Positions 54,196 to 64,000 of a stretch of DNA of 64,000 bases are shown here, in pieces. Source of the DNA: Priapulus caudatus (Eukaryota). The translations under genes were made by a program, and so were the position numbers. Every line of letters starts with the position of its first letter. Positions within the stretch are counted from its first letter, which is position 1. The stretch is from positions 950,392 to 1,014,391 of the forward strand of contig NW_014577069.1 of the NCBI RefSeq assembly GCF_000485595.1, written 5' to 3'. The notes under the pieces are model-generated. The model had not been told where the DNA came from, searched no databases, and saw only the letters and a program-made list of their open reading frames with translations.

Positions 54196-54534
54196 ATTAT
54201 ATACTTGAAAAAAATACGACGCATTAACTCATATATTGTGGGGGGAAAATCCGAATTTAACGAAAACTACGTAGACATCTAACCATTAAGCAAAAAAAAA
54301 CATTCGTCGTGAAACGGCAGTATCGGCGCGCACACGCGGGCCTTGGTTGACCGTCAGCATGATCATCGTCGGCAGTCGATGTACGTGTTCCTAATTCCTG
54401 GGAAATTCGGAGTGATGAGCTTTTTGTGAGGTCGATCGAGCGTGTATACAGCGAAGACGTGACGATGGGAGAGAGAAAGAAAGAGAGAGAAAGAGAGAGA
54501 GAGANNNNNNNNNNNNNNNNNNNNNNNNNAATAT

Positions 54535-54960
54535 CTAGTGACTGATATGCCCCTTGTTGGCACAGCACAAGGCTGTGGCGACAAGGCTATAATTACTAGA
54601 CTAAGGCAATCGTACCTCCTAGTACTGGGACCCTTGATGCACAGGCATAAAAAAGCCTGTGGCCAACAGGGCTATAGTAACTAAGCAGGCATCTGTATCC
54701 CCCCCTCTAAGTAGCTATGGTCCCTTGAATAAGCACAGTGCACAAGGCGGGCAACAAAGGCTATATACTAAAGCAAAGCATATTGTACCTCTAGACTATA
54801 GCCCTTGATGGCACAAGCAAGGCTGGGTAAAAAAGAACAAAGGGCTATAGTACATGAGGGGCAGGCAATCTGTACCTTCTAAGTACATATGGTCCTTTGA
54901 TGGCACAGCCACAATGAGCGTGCATCGGCGACAACGAACCCATAGTACTAGACTAGGCAA
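54535..54960. repeat. Degenerate ~80-bp tandem repeat, ~5 units
   Basis: Unit approximately CTAGTACTATGGTCCCTTGATGGCACAGGCACAAGGCTG..GGGCTATAGTACTAGACTAGGCAATCTGTACCT. Confidence 0.7.
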
Positions 54961-57691
54961 ATCGGGCGGCGTGGTTATGGCAGGCTGTTACTGCAGGCAG
55001 CCGCTTGTTCATTACGCGATGCTGTTTAAAACTTTTACTACGGGGCAACGTGCGCATGCGGTCATACGGGCGTACACTCCCGCATCTTTTGCGGCCACAA
55101 AGATGCTCACCCCGCCTCGCCGTTACTTCGCAACATCAAAATGAATTTATACGCTGTCTGCAAATTCGGGCGGGCCGCGATGTGGAGGCAAGCAGCGTCG
55201 TTAAGGTTGAGGAAACCGACGAGTAGGTTACTAATAGTGGGAACAGTACGTGTAAATATTAAGATTAATCGGTCTTTGTGGTAAAAAGGCACCCGAAATA
55301 GGCGTGTAATGGATCTAAATATTTCAGATATAGGCCAAGCTGAAATTATATAAGCGGAATTATTAATAACAACGACAACGTTATTAGCCTAACGTGTGGG
55401 AATTTCTGCTCGCATCAATAACCATTACCTGGAAAAAATGCATAATCGAATGAACAACGTTATACGCATGAGTGGATATCCATTGATTGGCTATTATAGC
55501 GTATCGACCGTGGCGGCATGCAGCTCGACATTTTCAATTCATGCTCGCATCGGAGTTTCGGGCACGCGCACACTCGCAGCGTCTAAATATCTGTAAGCCA
55601 TGCCAGCTAATGACAGTCCATGCGTGCTTATTATGGTCGTCAACTGTCGGCACCGCCGCGCTAGCACGCGGCCTTATCACAATATCGCGCCGTAAACGAA
55701 TCCGATTATCAGGCCTCGTGCGTCAATTAGGTTTTTGAAAACAGGCTGGCCAGGATTCGCTCGTAGCGAGCGCGCATAAGAAAAAAACTTTTAAAAATCA
55801 AAGAAATGCTTACAGATGTGAAACGCATTTTATTAATGAGCGTGCCGCCAATTTTTTATAGTTGTGGCCGCCCGTGTTCTAATAGGATATGTGAAGGCTT
55901 CAAAGTGCACCTGTACGGCTGAAAGGCGAATAGGATCCAGCTGATGATAAAACAAAATCCCATAAAAAATTAACTCAACATAGCGAACTATATATATATA
56001 TATATATATATAATATAATATATAAATATAATATATAATTATCATGTACTATCAAGATCTATAATAGAACATTTTATCCACTCTATTATTGGACTCATTG
56101 GTACTAAGTAGTGTATGTTCGTAGAGTTTGTGGATATATCACGAGAATAATCGGGAATCCCTAGTTTATCTAACTCCCTGATATAGATATATATATATAT
56201 TATATAATATATATATGTGTGTGTGTGGGTGTGGTGTGTGTTGTGTAGTGTGTGTGTGCGTGTGCGTGCGTGCGTGGTCGTGTGGTTGTGCGGTGCGTGT
56301 GAGTGTGCGTGTGCGTGTCGTGTGTGTTGTGTGTGTGTGTTGTGGGTTTTGTTGTTTGAGTGTATTGTGTTTGGTTTGTGTTTGTGTTTGTTTGTGCGCG
56401 CGCACACCACGCACGCAACGCACGGCCACGCAAACGCACGCACCACGCAACGCACGCACGCACGCACGCAGCACACCACACACACACACACACACACACA
56501 CGACACACACGACACACACACATATATATAAATATATATATATATATATTATATATAACGGGGGAAAATAAACAGCTCTGCGCATCATTATGCCGTCTCG
56601 GAGTGGAAACAAATCGGAGACATACGAGGGGGAAAATATTAGTAGTGAAATAAGGCGGTGGCTGAAGTGTACGTAACGTGAATCTGATCAGCTTCCCAAA
56701 ATACAACAATTAGCTGCCTCCAAAGGACCTGCCTGTTGGTTGCTGCGTGCACGCTGCCCGCCATTTCATCCTCCCCCTCCCCACCTCGCCTCAACGCCCG
56801 CCAAATTCGGCTGCAAAAAACTGTAGCAAAATATTATATATCATGGGATGAGGCGGGGGGCCCTTTAAAAAAAGCCGTTGAAAAGCAAGGTTCCAAGCGT
56901 CTAATGTTTTATAGAAGCATTCGGCAACATAATAATCGACTCGTCCAAACTCCGTTTTCTTTATTATCTTGCAAACAATACAAAATGAAATCGTAGCGAA
57001 TGGAAGTCGGTTAGTTGTATTTTTTGGATTATTTAGCCTACCTAATCGTGGGCGCAAGCACGGATGTGCCCAGGAGGCTGTTCAGACAGGGAAATAGTGG
57101 TGTCGAGTAAACATCCTAATGTCACATCTGTCAGCGTGACGGTCGTAAATGTGAAAATTCTAACACGTGGGCGCTCGCACTCACCTCGCTCGCACGGCAT
57201 CAATTCTCCTACTTTTAGCACACCACAAACGTGCGTGTATCGGTGTTGAAAAGTCCTTCACGCCAAGGTGTTAAAGCGAAAGCACGACGAATGTGACCAT
57301 ATCCGGTACAAATCTTGAACAGCTGCCACGTAATGTAAAGACATTTGTGTTTGACTAACTGTTACGAGAGGCTGCAGCGGACTCGATGCAAAACGAAGAT
57401 GAGCTACCAACGAAAGTAAGCAATGCCCTCGCGCTAAGTGATTTGGCAGAGATCGCGATAAAAAAGCCAGCGATAAATATCAGTAACAGTCGCGGCTACT
57501 CGGCAGGCAACCAGTAGCAGTAGTAGCAGTAGTTAGTTGCAGCAGTACCGCAGCAGCAGCAGCATACAATAGCACAAGCGACACACGTACCAACAACAGA
57601 CAGTAAGCAGCACTGCCAGGCAATACAAGAGCAGTAGCAGTAGCCACCAGCAGCAGGCCAACAGTAGTAGAGTAAGTATATATAGTAGTAT

Positions 57692-57724
<33 letters not shown>

Positions 57725-59535
57725 AGTAGGCAGCAGTAGCAGTAGCAAGTAGCAGTAAGCATAGCAGCAGTAGCAAGCAGTAAGCCGTAGACACAGCAGC
57801 AGCAAGCAAGCAGGGCAGCAGCAGCAGCAAGCACAGCAGCAGCAGCATCAGGCAGTCAGGCACAGTAGCATAGCAGTAGTAGTAGTAGTTAGTAGTAGTA
57901 GTAGTAAGTTAAGTATCAGGCAGCAGCCAAGGCAGCAGTACAGTAGTAGTAGCAGTAGGCAGCAGTATAGCCGAGCAGCAAAAAGCAATAGCAGTAGAGT
58001 AAGCAAGTAAGCAAGCAGTATAGCCGTAGGCAGCAGCAGCAGCAGTAGCAGTAGTAGAGCAAGCAGTAGCAGCAGTATAGGCCGTAGCAGCAGGCAGTAA
58101 GTAGCAGCTGGATAATACCGGAACGTACCCCTGGCACTATGATATGGTAGGCGTTAGGATTAGGTTAGTGTTACGGGTTAGGGTTAGGAATTAGGGTAGG
58201 GTTCGTCTGGTTAGGAGTAAGGCGTAGGCACTCCTAAGACTGCGTTAGTGAGATAAGGCGAGGTACGGTCGGCATATTAGATAGACCAGGGTAGCTTCCA
58301 GGCAGTACGCCCGGGGGACACATAGACCCTTCAGCAGCATATCAGCAGAAAGAGCATGATGTTGCATGCGCTGTCGTCTAAACCTTTCTCCTATCTCTCT
58401 CTCTCGTCTCTCTCGTCTCCTCTCCTCCTCTCTCTCTCTACTCTCTCACACAACTCCTTATATATATAGTTCGCTATGTTGGTTACATTTTTTATGGGAT
58501 TTGTCATCAAAGCTGGATCCTATTCGCCCAGCCTACAGCGTGCACTTTGAAGCCTTCACATATCCTATTAAACACGGGCGCGCACACTATAAAAAAATGC
58601 GCGGCACGCTATAATAAAATGCGTTCACATCTGTAAGCATTTTTGATTTTTAAAAGTTTTTTTCCTTATGCGCGCCGCTACGAGCGGAATCCGGCCAGCC
58701 TGTTCAAAAACCTAATTGACGCACGAGGCTGATAATCGATCGTTACGGCGCGATATTGTGATACAGGCGCGTGCTAGCGCGGCGGCTGCCGACAGTTGAC
58801 CGACCATAATAAGCACGCTGACTGTATCCATAGCTGGCTGGCTACAGATATTAGACGCTGCCGAGCTGTGCGCGTGCGAAAAATCCGATGCGAGCATGAA
58901 TGAAAATGTCGGTGCATGCGCACGGTCGATACGCTATAATAGCAATCAATGGATATCCCTCATGCGTATAACGTATGTTCATCGATATGCATTTTTTCCA
59001 GGTAATGGTTATTGATGCCGAGCAGAAATTCCACACGTAGGCCTAATAACGTTGTCGTTGTTATATAATAATTCCGTTATATAAATTCAGCTTGGCACTA
59101 TATCTGAAATCATTTAGATCATACACGCCTATTTCGGTGCCTTTACCACAAAGACCCAGAATTCATCTTAATATTTACACGTACCTGTCCCACTATTAGT
59201 AAAACCTACATCGTCGGTTCCTCAACCTACAACGACCTGCTGCTCCACATCGCGCCCGGAATTGCAGACAGCGCATATAAAATTTCATGTTGATGTTGCG
59301 AGTAACGGCGGAGGCGGGGTGAGCATCTTGTGGCGCTAAAAGATGCGGGAGTGTACGCCGTATGACCGCATGCGCACGTTGCCCCCGTAGTAAAAGTTTA
59401 ACAGCATCGCGAAGAACAAAGCGCTGCTGCAATAACAAGCTGCATAACACGCCGCCCGATTGCCTAGCTCTAGTACTATGGTCGTTGTCGCCATGCACAG
59501 CCTTGTGCCTGTGCCATCAAGGACCATAGTACTAG

Positions 59536-59615
<80 letters not shown>

Positions 59616-60661
59616 GTTGCTGCTGCTGCTGCTACTGCTACTGCTACTGCTATTGCTGCAGCTGCTGCTACTGTTGTTGTTGGTACTGTTGTCGCTGCAG
59701 CTATTGTTGCTGCTGCTGCTGCGGCTACTGCTGCTACTACTACTGCTACTGCTGCTACTGCTGCCTGCGAGTAGCCGCGACTGTTCTTGATATTTATCGC
59801 TGCTTTTTCATCGCGATCTCTGCAAAAATCACTGCGCGAGGCATAGCTTACTTTCTGGTCGCTATCATTCGTTTTGCATCGGTCCGCTGAGCTCTCGTAA
59901 CAGCTAGTCCAACACAAATGTCTTTAACATACGGGCAGCTGTCAAGATTTGTACCGATATGAGTTCATACGTTCGTCGTGTTCGTTTAACACCTTGGCCG
60001 TGAAGTACTTTTCAAACGATAACGCACGTTTGTGTGTGTAAAAGTAGGAGAATTGATGCGTGCGAGCGAGAGTGAGTGCGAGCGCCCACGTTAGTAATTT
60101 TCACATTTACGACCGTCACGCTGACAGATGTGACATTAGATGGTTACTCGATCACCACTAGACCCTGTCTGAACAGCCTCCTGGCACATCCGTGCTGCCC
60201 ACGATTAGGTAGTGAATGAATCCAAAAAATACAACTAACCGACTTCATTCAGTAGATTCATTTGTATTCTGTTGCAAGATAATAAAGAAAACGGAGTTTG
60301 CGAGTCGATTATTACTGTTGACGAATGCTTCCTATAAACATAGACGCTTGGGAAACCTTGCTTTCCAACGGTTTAGCGCTCATCCCATGATCTAAATAAA
60401 TATTTTGCTACAGTTTTGCAGCGTTTGGCGGGCGTGAGCGAGGTGGGGGAGGGGGAGGAGAATGGCGGGCAAGCGTGCACGCAGCCAACCAACCAGCAGG
60501 TCCTTTGGGGACAGCTAATGTTTATTTGGGAAGCTGATGCGAGATTCACGTTCGCACTCACCACCGCTCTTATTTCACTACTAATATCCCCCTCGATATT
60601 CATCGATTCTGTTTCCACTCCGAGACGGCATAATGATAGCGCAAGCTGTTTATTTCCCCCG

Positions 60662-60665
<4 letters not shown>
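54900..60665. repeat. Permuted inverted duplication
   Basis: ~54900-55990 is the reverse complement of ~58465-59530, and ~56550-57500 of ~59770-60665, with (AGC/AGT)n and (ACT/GCT)n tracts between; many indels. Confidence 0.88.
58110..58311. mobile_element. Degraded MITE with internal (GTTAGG)n-like repeat
   Basis: Imperfect TIR CCGGAACGTACCCCTGG / CCAGGGTAGCTTCCAGG around GGTTAG repeats, in low-quality sequence. Confidence 0.4.
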
Positions 60666-60710
<45 letters not shown>

Positions 60711-60715
60711 TATAC

Positions 60716-61093
60716 CTATTCATCGCCAACATCCTTTTCTATTGGAACACTCTATGTTTATCCAGGGACATCTATCATCTATCCTAGATTTTATTGTTGA
60801 AATCCTTACTTTCAGAATCCCGTAAAACAATTTGCGACACATATGATTCGAAATATCTTACCACAACTGCAAAATATTCTGCATTTCTTTCAGCATTCTA
60901 AATACAGAGGCAACCGCGGCGCAAGCACAGTGCCTGTAAACCTTTGTTACCTCCGCGCAACGGAGTTGCAGGGAGGTAATGTGATCGCTCTCGTGTGTGT
61001 GTTCGTGTGTGTGTGTTCGTGTGTGTGTTCGTGTGTGTGTGTTCGTATGTGTGTGTTCGTGTGTGTGTAGCCAGCAGCGAGCCCGCTGTTATA
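60716..61093 (+). repeat. Direct duplicate of ~50863-51245
   Basis: CTATTCATCGCCAA..CAGCGAGCCCGC shared; ends at an N gap. Confidence 0.85.
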
Positions 61094-61610
61094 CNNNNNN
61101 NNNNNNNNNNNNNNNNNNNATATATATTTGCACACATAATATAGGGGACCGCGTGGAACATGTATTAGACGTAATTGCGTGCACCAGGTGAAGAATCCAC
61201 GAGGTTAGAAGGCGAGATACAAGTTGTTACAGTACAGTCACATTTACGATACATGTACGGCAGAATCGCAATACATCCGCGTTGTGGGTTACAGTTATGA
61301 GTACATTGCGAACAGGAATAAACATAAACATATTATAAGCATAAAATACTGGACGCTAGAGGGGGAAACCCAGCCAATTATTATGGTTCTAATTCAGCTA
61401 AACGCTCTATAAAAGCCTTCTGCCATCGTAGAAATGTCGGTTCCATTTTTAATTGTCATCCATTATTTATCATATCATTTCCATTATGTATACATCCATC
61501 ACATATTAAGTCGTTCGAATCACTTGCCTGAAATTTGACAAAAAGCTGATTGTTATGCATGAATTCCTTGTTAATAATGCTTTGTTATACTAGCTCATAT
61601 ATATATATAT

Positions 61611-61647
61611 CAAGAGCTAATAATACAAGAGCTATTATTAGCTCTTG
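61611..61647. mobile_element. 37-bp CA..TG palindromic mini-element in (AT)n
   Basis: CAAGAGCTAATAATA-CAAGAGC-TATTATTAGCTCTTG; arms match 54085-54114. Confidence 0.8.
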
Positions 61648-64000
61648 ATATATATATATATATATATGGATAGAGAGAGAGAGAGAGAGAGAGAGCGGTT
61701 TATATAACGGAGTACGGTCACTGGAAGAATACCAAATATTTTACCTTTTAAAATATATTGATTTGAATTTGCATTAGAAATAAATTGAATGAAAGATTTC
61801 GCCTGTCCTTGAAACGTCTTCTAAATAAAACGTTCCCTCTCAATATCAAGGTTCAATAGATCTCTCTCCAACTATCTACTAGTTTTAAATAAATCGTGCG
61901 GTTTTCTTTTGAGAAATATTTTAAGTATCATGGGAAATCTGAGAGCGCTTTTTGATTTTTTCGAGCTATCGAGTTAAAATGCCTCAAAGATCAGCATGTT
62001 ATTCAAGAATTAATTAATCAATGCCTGCGCACTCTGCATACTTCGCCATTACTTCGCCATGGACCTTGTGATGTCAAACCCCCCAAGATGTTTTCAGAAA
62101 GAAGAACAGCTATTTTCGAGACGCGGGATTGGACCATTTTAATTATATTGGAACCGCAAAATACCAGATAAATTTAGGAATGGGAATTTATTGAAAGTAT
62201 GGAAACTGGATGTTGCTGCGATTTTATTTAAATTGCAACTGGATAATTGGCATATTTTTTATCTTGGACATTGGTAATGAACTCCTTCTCATGCCCCCCC
62301 CCCTTTATTCTCAATTTGCAAAGCGCATTGCTGTCATCTATTCGCCAAGATCCGCCAATGCAGTGACGCTTTTTCCCCATCGCGATGCTTGATGCTAACG
62401 AGGAGCAAGCGAAGGCCACACGTGCGGCAGTACGTGTGCGTCCGTCCCTTCAACCTGCGCGCACATTTGGCGCGGCATGTCATTCCCGTCAGACGAAGCA
62501 AAGTTTACTCGGTTAGTAACCGCTTTGCAATGTGCAATGACGGAAGAGTGAGCAGGGGGAGAGGGCATCCCCTCGCCTGCGCGCATCCAGCATGCGCTGG
62601 CAGGCGAACAGATTCGAAATTCCCAGTGCCAGGGTGGTTGCCGGAACGCCTCTGACGCGTCTGACAAACACGACAAGTAGATAGCTTGAGACTGCAACTC
62701 AAATATAGCTCGAAAATACAGCCCTTCGCCTTAGCTCTGGTTTGTATCAATGGATTATGCTGCTGCTGATGGTAGGCTCAGTGTGGCTTTTGCACATTTT
62801 AAACATAAAACAGAAATTGTTGCAAAGTGACATGAGGGCGTCTTCGACGCACTGTACGTCTGAACCTGAGGTGTACATACATATGCGAGCGAATATGCGA
62901 GGAACCCACAATTGGTCAACCTGCGGAATATTTAAGCTCTGATGCATTTTTACAGCGCTTGCAGGGAGTGTGAGGGCCAAACTGCATCATGCTAAATCTC
63001 AAATTCATTTTTTCAACAAGGATAATGCATGGCTACTCGTTGCTAAATAAAGATCGAAGCGGCGTCTACACTATATAGACTAAAACCCGGGTTCGCATTT
63101 TCGGTGCTGCAGCGTCTACACTGTCAAAAACCCACCTTCCGTGAATGCACCCATCTAGTACTGAGTGGTGGGATACATAGCTAAAACGCGGGTTTTCTGG
63201 TCACTTTTAGAGTCAGCTGCATGCGTCTGGTCACGCTCGAGAGTCAGCTGCATGCTGACTCGCACACTTATTTTCCCCCGTCGGAAGAATACCTTAATTT
63301 TCCGTAATGTACGCCTTGCTGTAAAAGTTCTATTAATACAGCAAAACGTGCGTGCGTTTTGAGGTCAAAGGTCATCTGTCAGTTCTACTTTCGTTTCAAA
63401 CATCTAGTGCGTTGGCAGCTCCTGTGTGAATAGCTTAATTTCAGAAATCCAGGGACTACATTTATTTCTAGTGGCGGCGCAGTCCCGGGTCCATTACTCG
63501 CTGACGCAGGCAATCCCAAATTAAATTTCCATGCCTGTATATATAGATGTTATATTAGTCTAGCGCGCTATTTAACGTTTACTTTCGGTATCATGACTTT
63601 TTGTTAGGCGCAACAACAAATTTCGATATTTCGAAAAAAATATTATCGTCTGTAGGCCCCTACATATATATTACGTGCTATGCCTAAGGAACACAGATGC
63701 GTATCATGTATTATTATGTTACTACTACCAGCGTGCCGTTACTTGTGTTCGAAATCGACTAAATAAACTAATATTTTTTGCGATCGATGTAAATCTCTTG
63801 TTTCATTGCAAATACGTAATCAACGGTGTCATGGGAGAAGTCACATCGGGCGGCTTAATTCGAGAGCGTAATTATATTTATTATAATTGCATTTTGTGTG
63901 CAGATGAGTCTTTTTCCTCGTTTATTGTCTCACGATATCTCCCTCATCCCAGCCGGTTGACCGCATGGGAGTTTCAAAACTAGACATGAGTCTAGAGATG

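Noticed and set aside
59336..59917. Poly-Val/Ala/Thr ORFs (also 57480-58137)
   Set aside because: Trinucleotide repeat translations
63058..63662. Possible Harbinger-like MITE (GCGTCTACACT motifs)
   Set aside because: No convincing matching right TIR or TSD

Overview
Repeat-dominated eukaryotic genomic DNA, probably from an invertebrate animal (inference; the species cannot be read from the sequence). It comes from a gapped draft assembly, and I can support no host gene. The core is a nested transposon stack. A near full-length L1/Tx1-type LINE (minus strand, 5' end ~38067) is split by a complete Gypsy LTR retrotransposon (24988-34868) with a TATA TSD, tRNA-Pro PBS, PPT and a -1 frameshift signal. 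That Gypsy carries an unexpected MYND zinc finger at the start of pol, and is itself interrupted by a ~630-bp insert and by a hAT derivative. A Merlin-like MITE sits in LINE ORF1. The flanks contain several MITEs, micro- and minisatellites, and at least 8 tiny (30-74 bp) CA...TG palindromes, most with 7-8 bp target duplications, that look like P-element excision footprints with templated filler. Several kb-scale duplicated or inverted blocks (14.4-23.4 kb, 54.9-61.1 kb) are indel-rich and most likely assembly or gap-filling artefacts. Nearly all ORF-track proteins outside the transposons are microsatellite or N-gap noise.
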